A stretch of 64,000 nucleotides of DNA from Treponema sp. (GTDB taxonomy: Bacteria; Spirochaetota; Spirochaetia; Treponematales; Breznakiellaceae). Both the position numbers and the translations under genes were made by a program. The notes below the pieces were generated by a model. The model saw only the letters and a program-made list of their open reading frames with translations. It was not told the origin of the DNA and did not search any database. Where the stretch lies: contig JAIRQF010000081.1 of the NCBI GenBank assembly GCA_031256635.1, positions 458 to 64,457 of the forward strand, read 5' to 3'. Of this stretch, positions 39,178 through 50,013 are shown piece by piece; position 1 is the first letter of the stretch; every line of letters starts with the position of its first letter.

Positions 39178-42159
39178 ATGTTTCTCAAGCGTTTGTCCAT
39201 TCTCGGCTTCAAATCATTTGCTGACCGTACCGTAATCGAGTTTAACGATGGAATCACCGCACTTCTAGGCCCGAACGGCTGCGGAAAATCAAATGTTGTA
39301 GACGCGGTTAAGTGGGTTCTTGGAGAACATGCCATCAAATCCCTGCGCGCCGAAAAAATGGAAGACGTTATCTTCAGCGGCACGGAATCCCGCAAACCGA
39401 TAAATGTGGCTGAAGTAGCCTTAAGCATAGCGAATGAAACCAATCTCCTTCCGATGGATATGCCGGAAATTGAGATAAAAAGGCGGCTGCACCGTTCAGG
39501 AGAAAGCGAATATTTTATCAACGGGGCGCAGGTACGGCTTAAGGATATCCGGGAACTTTTCTGGGATACAGGCGTAGGTAAAGCGGCTTATTCTGTAATG
39601 GAACAGGGCAAGATCGATCAGATACTTTCGTCAAAACCGGAAGAGCGCCGTTATTTATTTGAAGAAGCGGCGGGCATAACGCGCTACAAGGAACGCGGAG
39701 CCGAAGCTGAACGCAATCTTTCAAAAACTGAAGAAAATATACGTCAGGTTGAGTTAATTTTAAATGAAGTAAAACGATCCCACGACAGCCTTAAAATACA
39801 ATCCGAAAAAACAATGAAATACCGCGGCCTGCGCGATGAGATATTCAATTATGAACTGGATATCCAGCTCCTGCGCCTGAAGCAGTTTAAATACGAGAGG
39901 GATGAAAAGAACGAAACGCTCAGGCGCAGAACCGCCGACCGCGATAAAATTCGCGCGGAAATGGAAGCGGAAAATAAAGCGCTGGAAGCGAACATGGACG
40001 AAGTAAACTCCATGGAAGCGCGGCTTGTCGAACTGCAAAAAAACATTTACGGCCTTGCGCTGGAAAAAAACGCGAAAGAAAATGAAATACGCCTTTTCAA
40101 CGAACAGCTGAGCGAAAACAAAATTAAAATAGGGCAAAACGAAGAAAGAGAAAAACAGGCAATAAAGAAAATTACTGAGTTGAACGAAGACGCTTCAGGA
40201 CAGGACGCTGTTGTAGAAGAACTGCGCAAACAATGCGAAAGCATAGAAGAAAACATAAAATCCTTTGAAGAAAATATCCATCTTGCGGCGGGGCGAATCA
40301 GCGAAAATGAAAAAGAGTCGCGCAAGGCCGAAGAAGAAATTATCGGCATTAATAAAAAATTAATTGCACTTGAAAAAGAACTTGCTAACATTACAGATGA
40401 CATTGTCGCGGAGCTTGACGCGGGTCTGAAAAAAGCCGGCTATTCGGCAATTGAACGCAGAAACGCCGAAGAGGCGTTACACGAAACGCTCGGACGGCTC
40501 AGGGCGATTCTTTCAGGAAGGGAAGCTTTAATCCGCGATCTCGGCGCAGCCGCTAAAGCCGCGGCAAACAGCGAGGCTGCGATTTCTGTCTGCGCGGAAA
40601 TAGGAAAAATTACTGATTCTCTTTTAACAGGACTGACAGAAGCTTCAGCCGGAGCGGACAGGGCTTTGGAACTTTTTAACAATTACCGCGAGCACACCCC
40701 GACTTTTATAGACGAGTTTCTGGCTCCGCAGGGAATTATTACAAAGAAGCGCGCGATAGACGAGCAAATCAGGGACGCGAAAGACGGCATTGAACAGAGG
40801 CGGCAGCGGATAAAAACGCTGCATGAAGATAACATCAGCCTTATGGCAAAGATCGACGAATACCGCGTCACACTTGAAAACCTGAAAGTAAACCGCGCGC
40901 AGATGAACGCGCGCGCGCAATCAGCCGAAGATCAGGCGCGGCTAATCAGGCGCGAACTGTCCGGGCAGGAGGGGCTTTTAAAAACAATCCGCGACGAACT
41001 TTCACTTTACAGAAAAAGACTGGATGAAATTGACAAGCGTATTACCGATATTAATTCAGAAATAAAAGGCATCGAAGAAAAAACAAAAGCGTATTCCGGC
41101 GAGCTTGAAAAACTTGAAAAGGACATACGCAAACGAAACGACAATGTCGCGAGCAAGAAAGTGGTTATAAACAAGCGAATGGCTGAACTTTCAAGGGTTC
41201 AGGATGCGCTTGAAAAAATCCACCTTGAGCTTGTTCAAGCGGAGATGGAAATTAAAAATACTCAGGAAAATTTCAGAGAGACCCACTCAAGGGATTTAAT
41301 GGAATTTGAAGAGCGTATTTTCAGCATTACCGCGGCTCCGGCCGCGTTACGCGAAAAACTTGCCTCCTCGCGCGTAAAAATGAAGGAACTTGGTTCTGTA
41401 AATCTAATGGCTCCCGAAGAATACGCGGAAACAAAACAGCGTTACGATTTTTTAAGCAGCCAGATGGCGGATCTGCTGAAAGCCCGCAAAGACCTGGAGG
41501 ATTTGACATCGGAAATAAGGCAGGAATCTTCACAGCTGTTCCTTGACACATATAACCGCATCAAGAAAAACTTTCACAACATGTTCCGCCGGCTGTTCGG
41601 AGGCGGGCGCGCGGAACTGCGGTTATCAGATCCGAACCATGTGCTTGAATCGGGCATCGAAATATTTGCGCAGCCGCCGGGAAAAAAACTGGAACATTTA
41701 AGCCTGCTGTCAGGAGGAGAATGTTCGATGACGGCGGTCGCGCTTCTTTTCGCCACCTACATGGTAAAGCCCAGCCCGTTCTGTCTGTTAGACGAAATTG
41801 ACGCCGCCCTTGACGAGCAGAATGTAGGACGCTTTGTGCATCTTCTGCAGGAATTCAGCGATACAAGCCAGTTTATTATAATTACACATAACAAAAAAAC
41901 TACAGCGGGAGCGGGAACACTGCTCGGCGTAACCATGCAGGAATCGGGTGTTACAAAACTGATTACGGTGCGTTTTAAAAACGGAGAGCTGGATATCGCG
42001 GAAGGGCCGCTGCCCCAGAGTGAACTGTGGGATACCGACGTTAAATATGAAGATGAGGATGTCCCGCCGGAAGAAGGCAGAGAACTGCCAATCGGGGTAA
42101 ATGATCCGAAAAAAGTAACCGCGGAACAGCTGCGTCCGATTAGAGCGAAACAAAAATAA
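39178..42159 (+). CDS. smc: Chromosome segregation protein SMC (short form)
   Basis: GFKSF, GPNGCGKSN, Q-loop EQG, LSGGE, LLDEIDAALD, ITH; long coiled coils. Confidence 0.92.
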   Translation: MFLKRLSILGFKSFADRTVIEFNDGITALLGPNGCGKSNVVDAVKWVLGEHAIKSLRAEKMEDVIFSGTESRKPINVAEVALSIANETNLLPMDMPEIEIKRRLHRSGESEYFINGAQVRLKDIRELFWDTGVGKAAYSVMEQGKIDQILSSKPEERRYLFEEAAGITRYKERGAEAERNLSKTEENIRQVELILNEVKRSHDSLKIQSEKTMKYRGLRDEIFNYELDIQLLRLKQFKYERDEKNETLRRRTADRDKIRAEMEAENKALEANMDEVNSMEARLVELQKNIYGLALEKNAKENEIRLFNEQLSENKIKIGQNEEREKQAIKKITELNEDASGQDAVVEELRKQCESIEENIKSFEENIHLAAGRISENEKESRKAEEEIIGINKKLIALEKELANITDDIVAELDAGLKKAGYSAIERRNAEEALHETLGRLRAILSGREALIRDLGAAAKAAANSEAAISVCAEIGKITDSLLTGLTEASAGADRALELFNNYREHTPTFIDEFLAPQGIITKKRAIDEQIRDAKDGIEQRRQRIKTLHEDNISLMAKIDEYRVTLENLKVNRAQMNARAQSAEDQARLIRRELSGQEGLLKTIRDELSLYRKRLDEIDKRITDINSEIKGIEEKTKAYSGELEKLEKDIRKRNDNVASKKVVINKRMAELSRVQDALEKIHLELVQAEMEIKNTQENFRETHSRDLMEFEERIFSITAAPAALREKLASSRVKMKELGSVNLMAPEEYAETKQRYDFLSSQMADLLKARKDLEDLTSEIRQESSQLFLDTYNRIKKNFHNMFRRLFGGGRAELRLSDPNHVLESGIEIFAQPPGKKLEHLSLLSGGECSMTAVALLFATYMVKPSPFCLLDEIDAALDEQNVGRFVHLLQEFSDTSQFIIITHNKKTTAGAGTLLGVTMQESGVTKLITVRFKNGELDIAEGPLPQSELWDTDVKYEDEDVPPEEGRELPIGVNDPKKVTAEQLRPIRAKQK

Positions 42160-42226
42160 AGCGTAATAAAAAAGGAAATAATTATCACCGGTAAAATATC
42201 AGAAACAGATAGAAAAGGGATATAAC

Positions 42227-43717
42227 ATGGAAAAAAGAGAAAACTATCTTTATTATGGTGATAATATTGATATTTTACGTAACAAGATTGACAAAGAATC
42301 AGTAGACCTATGTTATATTGATCCTCCGTTTAACTCTAAAAGAAACTATAATCAAATATATAATAATATTGGCAAAGAAGATAAAGCTCAAACTATAGCG
42401 TTTGTTGATACATGGGAATGGGATGAAGCCGCCATTAAAGGATTTAATGAGATTCAAAGCGGTTCTTTCCCGGTAAAAGCAGCAGATTTAATTATTAGTC
42501 TTCAAAAAATACTTGGAAATGGAAGTTTACTCGCATATTTAACATCATTAACAATAAGAATTAATGAGATACACAAAGTATTAAAAAAAACAGGTTCTTT
42601 TTTTATACACTGCGATCCCGCTGCCAGTCATTATATAAAACTTATATGTGATTCTGTATTCTGTTCTCAAGGCGGAGATTTTTTAAATGAAATAATATGG
42701 CATTATAAACGATATACTGCCAAAAGCGGCAGGTTTCAAAGGCTTCATGATGTCATTTTTTGGTATTCCAAAGGTATTAATTATACTTTTAATGATATAC
42801 GGGAAGGATATGGAGAAAAATCCGGAAAAAAAGACAGTCATTATAAACAAGACGTTGAAGGGAAATGGTATAGATGGCAAAAAAGAAAAGGAAAAGAGCC
42901 GTATAAAATATATTTATCAGAGGGAAGGCGGGTAGGAGATGTATGGGAAATCCCCATAATTAACGCGTCCGCCAGGGAAAGATTGGGTTATCCAACACAA
43001 AAACCTATAGAACTATTAAAAAAAATAATAAAATTTGCGTCAAATGAGAATGATACCGTTCTTGATTGTTATTGCGGCTGCGGTACTACAATAGATGCAG
43101 CAGAAGAATTAAAAAGAAAATGGATAGGCGTAGATATTACATATAATTCCATATGTTTAATTGAATATAGAATGATGAGCACATATAATAACGATGTTAG
43201 TTATAAATTATTTGGAATACCAAGAGATATTGAATCCGCAAAGGCTCTGGCTGAAAGAACAGACAGTACAAGAAAAGAATTTGAAAAATGGGCGATTCTT
43301 ACGTTTACCAATAATAGAGCCATGATAAATGAAAAAAAAGGAAGCGATGGCGGTATTGATGGAAAAGCAAGAATACATGATAAAGACGGGTGGAAAGATG
43401 TATTGTTTTCAGTAAAATCAGGAAATTATACGATAGATATGGTTAGAGCCTTCAGAGATTCAATTAATGTAAATAATGCTATTTGCGGTTTTATGATAGT
43501 AATGGAAAAACCGACTAAAGGAATGATTCAAATTTCTAAAGAACTGGGCAGTTATAAAGGAACTTATGTAAAGGAAATTCCAAAAATGCAATTTATTATG
43601 GTACAGGAAATTATTGATAAGACAGCAGAATATCCATTTCTTGAATTTACAATGGAAGTTATTAAAAAAGCGGAAAAAAAAGAAATTGAAGAAGAATTTG
43701 AATTTGATGATGATTAA
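42227..43717 (+). CDS. N6/N4 DNA methyltransferase fused to a C-terminal Mrr-like PD-(D/E)XK domain
   Basis: YIDPPF, YPTQKP, DCYCGCGTT; C-terminal DGGIDG...SVKSG; visibly more AT-rich than its neighbours. Confidence 0.85.
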   Translation: MEKRENYLYYGDNIDILRNKIDKESVDLCYIDPPFNSKRNYNQIYNNIGKEDKAQTIAFVDTWEWDEAAIKGFNEIQSGSFPVKAADLIISLQKILGNGSLLAYLTSLTIRINEIHKVLKKTGSFFIHCDPAASHYIKLICDSVFCSQGGDFLNEIIWHYKRYTAKSGRFQRLHDVIFWYSKGINYTFNDIREGYGEKSGKKDSHYKQDVEGKWYRWQKRKGKEPYKIYLSEGRRVGDVWEIPIINASARERLGYPTQKPIELLKKIIKFASNENDTVLDCYCGCGTTIDAAEELKRKWIGVDITYNSICLIEYRMMSTYNNDVSYKLFGIPRDIESAKALAERTDSTRKEFEKWAILTFTNNRAMINEKKGSDGGIDGKARIHDKDGWKDVLFSVKSGNYTIDMVRAFRDSINVNNAICGFMIVMEKPTKGMIQISKELGSYKGTYVKEIPKMQFIMVQEIIDKTAEYPFLEFTMEVIKKAEKKEIEEEFEFDDD

Positions 43718-43749
43718 AATATATCTATTTTAAAAGCAGGTATAGAAAA

Positions 43750-46359
43750 TTATTTCGCCTTGCCTTTCTTAAAAATAATTCCCTCTTCGCCTTTTCCTTT
43801 GGATACATCCGCTGTAATCGTATCTCCGTCCCGAATTGTACCTGCAAGCACCTGCCTTGCCAGAGGATTTTCAAGATCGCTTTGAATTGCCCGCTTTAGG
43901 GGACGCGCTCCGAACAGAGGATCGTAGCCGCGCTCCGCAATCAGGGTTTTCGCTTCGTCTGTCATCTTAAGGGTGATCTTCCGCAGGGAAAGCCGCTGTG
44001 AAAGAAACGTTAGCTGAATATCAACAATTTTGCCGATTTCATTTTTGCCGAGCCTGTTGAAAATTACGGTCTCGTCGATGCGGTTTAAAAATTCCGGACG
44101 AAAACTTGATTTAAGCAGTTCCATTAATGAATCGCGGATTGTTTTTATGTTTTTCGCCTGAAGAATCATATCAGAGCCGAGGTTACTCGTCATTATGATG
44201 ATTACGTTTTTAAAATCAACAACGCGTCCCTGTCCGTCTGTCAGGCGGCCGTCATCCAGTATCTGTAAAAATACATTGAACACTTCAGGATGCGCTTTTT
44301 CAATTTCGTCAAAAAGGATGACGCTGTAGGGCCGCCGCCTGACCGCTTCGGTAAGCTGACCGCCCTGCTCATAGCCGATATACCCGGGTGGCGCGCCGAT
44401 TAATCGGCTTACTGAATGTTTTTCCCCGTACTCGCTCATGTCAATTCTTGTGAGGGCTTTTTCGTCATTGAAAAGAAAATCAGCTAACGTTTTCGCAAGC
44501 TCGGTTTTTCCGACTCCAGTCGGACCAAGAAACAAAAAAGATCCCAAAGGCCGCGCCGCGTCGGAAAGTCCCGCTTTATTGCGTCTTATCGCGTCGGAGA
44601 CAGCGGCAAGGGCTTCCCCCTGGCCTACCACGCGCTTTTCCAGAACTTTTTCAAGGTCAAGATATTTCTGCATTTCACCTGACAGCATTTTGGATACGGG
44701 GATTCCTGTCCACGCGGATACAACCGCGGCGATGTCCTCTTCGCTGACCTCTTCGCGTAACAGAGCGCCGCCTCCGGATGCCGCTTCCCTTTTTGCTTCC
44801 ATTTGATCCGTAAGCAGCGTCAGCTGTTTCTGCGCTTCCGGAATTTTACCGTGTTTCACTTCCGCGGCTTTTGAGAGGTTTCCTTCGCGCTCGTAACGCG
44901 TCTCATCAATTTTTAATTCTTCTATCAGCTGCTTTATTTCGCGTATTTTCTGAATATCCGATTTTTCGCTTTCCCAGCGGGCTTTCATCGCGTCACGTTC
45001 GGATGTAAGGTCTGCGATTTCTTTTTCAAGTTTCGTTAAACGCTCTCTGGAAGCGGGATCTTCTTCGCGCGAAAGAGCCTGCCTTTCAATCGAAAGCTGC
45101 AATAACTTTCTCTCAAGTTTATCCAGCTCTGTAGGGCGGCTGTCCAATTCCATTTTCAAACGGCTTGCTGATTCATCAACCAGATCAATCGCCTTGTCGG
45201 GGAGAAAACGGCTTGTAATGTACCGGCTTGACAGTGTTGCGGCTGCGACAAGAGCCTCATCTTTAATCCGCACGCCGTGATGAACTTCATACCGTTCCTT
45301 AAGCCCGCGCAAAATAGCAATCGTATCTTCAACCGATGGTTCGGCCGTATAAATTTGCTGGAACCGGCGCTCAAGGGCGGCGTCCTTCTCAATATGTTTC
45401 CGGTATTCGTCTAACGTAGTCGCGCCGATACAACGGAGCTCTCCGCGGGCAAGCGCGGGCTTAAGCAGATTGGAAGCGTCTGTCGCTCCTTCGGCGGCTC
45501 CGGCTCCCACAAGCGTGTGAAGCTCGTCAATGAAAAGTATAATCTTTCCGTCCTGTGCCTGCACTTCGTGAATGACCGCTTTAAGACGCTCTTCAAATTC
45601 GCCCCGGAATTTCGCGCCTGCGACAAGCGCGCCGATATCAAGCGCAAGCAATTTTTTCCCTTTTAATCCATCGGGCACATCGCCTGCGACAATACGCCGC
45701 GCGAGCCCTTCGACAATCGCTGTCTTTCCGACTCCGGGCTCTCCGATAAGCACCGGATTATTTTTTGTTCTCCGGGAAAGCACTTGCATACAGCGGCGGA
45801 TTTCCTCATCGCGCCCGATAACAGGGTCGATTTTTTCCTGTCTTGCAAGCGCGGTCAAATCGCGGCAGTAACGATCAAGCACCTGATATTTTTCTTCCGG
45901 GCTTTGATCTGTAACGCGGGAATTCCCTCTTACCAGTTTAAGCGCGTCAAGAATCGCGTTTTTATTTACTCCGGCCTTTTTTAAAATATCCGCTGCTTTG
46001 CCTTCCGACACGGCCATCGCAATCAGAATGTGCTCTGTTGACACATATTCGTCTTTAAGCGCCGATGCTTCCATTTCCGCTTTCGCGAGAATTTTTGTCA
46101 ACACCGGCGAGTAATAAATTTGCGCCGCTTCTCCGAAAATTTTCGGCGTTCCCCTTACAAGAGCTTCGGCGTCAGATATAAGTTTTCCCGCATCTCCTCC
46201 AATCCGTTCGATGATTGGAGTAACAATTCCGTTTTCCTGCTGCAATAATGCCAAAAGAAGATGCTCATTTTCAATTTGAGAATGATCGCTTTTTTGAGCG
46301 ATGGAAGCCGCGTCATTCAGCGCTTCCTGCGCTTTTATTGTAAATTTGTCATAATTCAT
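43750..46359 (-). CDS. clpB: ATP-dependent chaperone ClpB
   Basis: Two AAA+ modules ([16 protein letters not shown]), M-domain coiled coil, GARPLKR. Confidence 0.96.
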   Translation of the reverse strand: MNYDKFTIKAQEALNDAASIAQKSDHSQIENEHLLLALLQQENGIVTPIIERIGGDAGKLISDAEALVRGTPKIFGEAAQIYYSPVLTKILAKAEMEASALKDEYVSTEHILIAMAVSEGKAADILKKAGVNKNAILDALKLVRGNSRVTDQSPEEKYQVLDRYCRDLTALARQEKIDPVIGRDEEIRRCMQVLSRRTKNNPVLIGEPGVGKTAIVEGLARRIVAGDVPDGLKGKKLLALDIGALVAGAKFRGEFEERLKAVIHEVQAQDGKIILFIDELHTLVGAGAAEGATDASNLLKPALARGELRCIGATTLDEYRKHIEKDAALERRFQQIYTAEPSVEDTIAILRGLKERYEVHHGVRIKDEALVAAATLSSRYITSRFLPDKAIDLVDESASRLKMELDSRPTELDKLERKLLQLSIERQALSREEDPASRERLTKLEKEIADLTSERDAMKARWESEKSDIQKIREIKQLIEELKIDETRYEREGNLSKAAEVKHGKIPEAQKQLTLLTDQMEAKREAASGGGALLREEVSEEDIAAVVSAWTGIPVSKMLSGEMQKYLDLEKVLEKRVVGQGEALAAVSDAIRRNKAGLSDAARPLGSFLFLGPTGVGKTELAKTLADFLFNDEKALTRIDMSEYGEKHSVSRLIGAPPGYIGYEQGGQLTEAVRRRPYSVILFDEIEKAHPEVFNVFLQILDDGRLTDGQGRVVDFKNVIIIMTSNLGSDMILQAKNIKTIRDSLMELLKSSFRPEFLNRIDETVIFNRLGKNEIGKIVDIQLTFLSQRLSLRKITLKMTDEAKTLIAERGYDPLFGARPLKRAIQSDLENPLARQVLAGTIRDGDTITADVSKGKGEEGIIFKKGKAK

Positions 46360-46505
46360 AATATAGTCCTTAAATATAAAGATACTAATGTTTCAGAAAT
46401 TCCTCAATGTTTTTCGGAAAGCGCGGAGTTTATCACAGACGAATATTACCGGGGACATATATAAACAAGAATGAATTTACAATGAGCAGTAATAATTAAA
46501 AATAT

Positions 46506-47645
46506 TTACCGCTTCGTCTTGGCAACTTCACAAATGCGGCGGGCCATGTTGTCCAGAGAAACCTGTTCCATTACATGACCAAGCTCGTAGGCGACACGGG
46601 GCATTCCGTATACAACAGCGCTTGGTTCATCCTGACCCAGGGTTATACCGCCTTCTTTGTAAATTGTTCCAAGGTGCTGAGCTCCATCGCGACCCATTCC
46701 GGTCATGATAACTCCCAGCGCGTGATTGCTATAGCTCATTGCTACAGAAGCGAAAAGCACATCCGCCGAGGGCCTGTGCCCTGAAACCAGCGGGTTGTCA
46801 GAAAGACGGGCTACAGCGCCGCTGACTTTCTTTTCTACTTCAAGATGTTTATTACCCTGAGCGATAAGGATTCTGCCGGGGATGATTGGATCGCCGTCTT
46901 CCACTTCTTTTACATCAAGCGGGCATATCCGGTCAAGGCTCTTTGCGAATTCCATGGTAAAGCCTGCCGGCATATGCTGAACGACAACAATCGGAACCCT
47001 GAGATCGGCATCCAGTTTGGCGAATACCACGCGCAGCGCGTCAGGACCTCCCGTGCTGATGCCGATAGCGATAATTTCCGTATTCGCGGGACTACGCGCT
47101 CTGGCAGGCGCCTGCGCGGGAGTAATGGGAGCGGCGGCAGCCAGTTTGAAATGAACGGCTATATCAGACTGCTTCTCACTTGGCGACTTTGGCGTATACT
47201 CAGAAGGCGTTAGAACTTTTTTGCCTTGCTGTCTACGGTGAGCGCCGCCGTAACCGAGAAGCTTGGTTATAAGGGTTTCTTTTACTACATGAATATCTTC
47301 GGAAATTGAACCTGAAGGTTTCTGAACAAAGTCACTCGCGCCCAAGGAAAGGGCTTCCATCGTAATTTCCGCGCCTTTGGCGGCAACCGAAGATAGTATT
47401 ACAACAGGAACATTTATCCCGCGTTTCTTTCGTTCTTTTAGGAATTCTATACCGTTCATTTCCGGCATTTCAAGATCAAGGCAGATAACATCAGGTTCAG
47501 CCCGTTGTATTTTCTGTAAAGCAAATAAACCGTTCATTGCTTTTTCGGCAACGACCAGCCCTGGCGTATCTTCAACCATACGGCCTATTAAATTGCGCAT
47601 CAGCGCGGAGTCATCTACAATCAATACCGATATTTCATCAGACAC
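46506..47645 (-). CDS. cheB: Chemotaxis methylesterase CheB
   Basis: REC domain plus GISTGGP, VQHMP, RPSAD, MTGMGRDGA. Confidence 0.96.
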   Translation of the reverse strand: MSDEISVLIVDDSALMRNLIGRMVEDTPGLVVAEKAMNGLFALQKIQRAEPDVICLDLEMPEMNGIEFLKERKKRGINVPVVILSSVAAKGAEITMEALSLGASDFVQKPSGSISEDIHVVKETLITKLLGYGGAHRRQQGKKVLTPSEYTPKSPSEKQSDIAVHFKLAAAAPITPAQAPARARSPANTEIIAIGISTGGPDALRVVFAKLDADLRVPIVVVQHMPAGFTMEFAKSLDRICPLDVKEVEDGDPIIPGRILIAQGNKHLEVEKKVSGAVARLSDNPLVSGHRPSADVLFASVAMSYSNHALGVIMTGMGRDGAQHLGTIYKEGGITLGQDEPSAVVYGMPRVAYELGHVMEQVSLDNMARRICEVAKTKR

Positions 47646-47654
47646 GTTGCTCTC

Positions 47655-48470
47655 CTAATTATTTTTACAATACAATGTTGCCCATTCAGTTTTTAAGAAT
47701 TCAAATTTTGTGGCCATACCAAACAAAGATTCCGAATGTCCGATAAATAAAAATGATTTTGGGGCCATGGCGTCCCAAAACCGGTTGATAACAGCGGTTT
47801 GCGCTACTTCATCAAAATAAATAATAACATTCCGGCAGAAAACAACATCGAAGTTTTTATTACCGGCGTCATTCTTCAGATTGTGATAGTCAAATTTTAT
47901 TTTTGATTGAATGTCCGCATGGACTTTATATCCGCCGTCCACCTTATCGAAATATTTCTTAAGATAATCATCCGGAATTCCAACTATACGGCTTTCCGCG
48001 TAAAAACCCTCTTTGGCGGTCATTAAACATTTAAGCGATATATCACTGGCCATAATATCAAAAGTCCATGATTTCGGCAGAATTTCGGTTAATAACATAG
48101 CGATGGTATAAGGCTCTTCACCTGTAGAACATCCGGCGCTCCAGATTTTTATTGTACCGGGAAGTCTCTTAATTTTGATTAACTCAGGAACGACATATTT
48201 TTCAAATGCGTCGAACTGCGGCTGATTTCTGAAGAACCTGGTCAGGTTGGTTGTGATTGAATCAAGGAACCCCTTGAGTTCTTCTTTATTGCTTTTTATC
48301 GTATCAAGATAAGTAGAAACGGAGCTGACATTTTTCTCCCTGAGACGCTCTTTTAAGCGGCTTTCCAATATGGAACGATTGGTCGGTGTAAAGGTTATAC
48401 CGCTTTCAGCATAAATAAGCGACCGGTATAATTCAAAATTAGTATCATTAAGAAAATCATTATCAGCCAT
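47655..48470 (-). CDS. cheR: Chemotaxis methyltransferase CheR
   Basis: TTNLTRFFR, IWSAGCSTGEEPYT, FCRNVIIYF, GHSE. Confidence 0.96.
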   Translation of the reverse strand: MADNDFLNDTNFELYRSLIYAESGITFTPTNRSILESRLKERLREKNVSSVSTYLDTIKSNKEELKGFLDSITTNLTRFFRNQPQFDAFEKYVVPELIKIKRLPGTIKIWSAGCSTGEEPYTIAMLLTEILPKSWTFDIMASDISLKCLMTAKEGFYAESRIVGIPDDYLKKYFDKVDGGYKVHADIQSKIKFDYHNLKNDAGNKNFDVVFCRNVIIYFDEVAQTAVINRFWDAMAPKSFLFIGHSESLFGMATKFEFLKTEWATLYCKNN

Positions 48471-48596
48471 ACTATTATTTTAGGAGACTATTTAAAACAT
48501 GTCAATTGTTATTTCAGTACACTTTAACATTTTTTCAAAAATATTAAAATATTTTAACATGGCAGTTATTTTTCATCATTTTTAGTATCATTATTT

Positions 48597-49049
48597 ATGA
48601 ATAATACGCAATTAATGAAACTTGATCTTCGCGCGCCTTTAATATATGAAAGAGCGGATAATATTACGGAAAACGATTTCAAAAAAGAACTAATTGGTGA
48701 AAACAAGGAAATTCTGCTCTGTTATGCGTTAAATATACAGGAAAGCCGCAGTATAGAGCCGGATCAGGATAAATTTCTTGACAGTTTATCATTTATTGGC
48801 AGAAAAACACCTTGTTCGGCGCAAAATGCACCAAATTCCATTATTGTTGCTTTACCGGCAGGAAAATACCTTTTCAACCAGTGCAGAGCATTAAAACCAC
48901 TGGATCGGGAAGAATGGCTGTATATAGCGATTGAACAGCAGAAAGATGGTCTTTGGGAACGGCACAGTCCTGATAGCAGGCTTTATGTCCGCTATTTATT
49001 GGAAGACGAAGCGTTTGTAACACAGGTTTTCAGGCTGTTAAAAGAATAA
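48597..49049 (+). CDS. Hypothetical protein (possible GyrI-like fold)
   Basis: 150-aa ORF filling the gap; LPAGKYLF motif. Confidence 0.65.
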   Translation: MNNTQLMKLDLRAPLIYERADNITENDFKKELIGENKEILLCYALNIQESRSIEPDQDKFLDSLSFIGRKTPCSAQNAPNSIIVALPAGKYLFNQCRALKPLDREEWLYIAIEQQKDGLWERHSPDSRLYVRYLLEDEAFVTQVFRLLKE

Positions 49050-49050
49050 A

Positions 49051-49184
49051 TAGCCGCTTGCAAAACGCGCTTAGTGCGAACCTTTGATTCGATGCTGCGG
49101 CTAAGCAGTTTTTCGGGCTAACGCTCTGCAAAACTGCGGTATTTAAAGGAAGCTCTTACAAAACTGAAGTTTTACAAGAGCCTC
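49051..49184. repeat. Dispersed triple-hairpin palindromic repeat, copy 2
   Basis: 90-bp core shared with 583-672; the first hairpin has a different, longer loop. Confidence 0.85.
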
Positions 49185-49224
49185 AATCTTGTATCTTTTT
49201 ACTTTTTTTTTCATACTTATATCA

Positions 49225-50013
49225 ATGAATAAAATTGCTTTAATCTGTATTTTATTTATAAATATTTTCATGATTTCAACACCTGCGGAAAGCCAATTAC
49301 GTTCATTTGACGCGTTATTCCCGGGAATTACAGAAAGACAAAAACAGAGAATTTTCACTGACGAAGGAATGATAAATTCTTTTTTAAGAAATGAAACTCC
49401 GTTATTTGTTCCCTCTTCAAACAGCGGTATTAATCTATGGCCTGTGGTTATGGAAAAAATCCCATCCCAAATGGTTGAAGCGCTTGCAGTAGTACCCTAC
49501 AACAACAGACCGTTAAGCAGGCTTGATATTTACAATGTGCTGCAAAAAATCAGAAATTTATCCAATTACACCATAAATTCAAAATCCCGCGGAACAATTC
49601 CGCTTTTTGAAGGAAGCACCCGCATAGATACTCCAAACAGAAACAGGCCCATTCCGGATCCTCCGCCTGCGTTGATTCTCCCCAGTACTGAGACTATTTA
49701 TGTGCGTGTTAAGGACGCTTTTTTCGGAAACACCTATTTAAGGGGAGACTTTTCAACAAGTTACTACGGAATTACATATAGATTAACCAATTCCACTACC
49801 ATTTGGTATACGATATTTCCGGTAATGGGAACTGAAAAGCTGGCAATGGTTATTTACGCCGAACCGATTACGGAAGGATTGCTTGTGTACGGATTAGCCG
49901 GGCTTGATATACCGATGTTTATAGCCACGACAATAAACCTGGCCGACAATATTAACATGCGCGTAAGAATACTCATGAGCTGGTTAATTGACAATTTAAA
50001 AGAACTAAATTAA
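49225..50013 (+). CDS. Secreted hypothetical protein (DUF6675-like), paralog of 15026..15829
   Basis: Signal peptide from ATG 49225; VEAL, PDP, KDAFFGNTY. Confidence 0.7.
   Translation: MNKIALICILFINIFMISTPAESQLRSFDALFPGITERQKQRIFTDEGMINSFLRNETPLFVPSSNSGINLWPVVMEKIPSQMVEALAVVPYNNRPLSRLDIYNVLQKIRNLSNYTINSKSRGTIPLFEGSTRIDTPNRNRPIPDPPPALILPSTETIYVRVKDAFFGNTYLRGDFSTSYYGITYRLTNSTTIWYTIFPVMGTEKLAMVIYAEPITEGLLVYGLAGLDIPMFIATTINLADNINMRVRILMSWLIDNLKELN

Noticed and set aside
46360-46505. CIRCE/HrcA operator upstream of clpB
   Set aside because: No TTAGCACTC-N9-GAGTGCTAA match.
49143-49358. 71-aa ORF ending IEALVKLQFCKSFL
   Set aside because: Antisense to a real gene, with its end read from the palindromic repeat.
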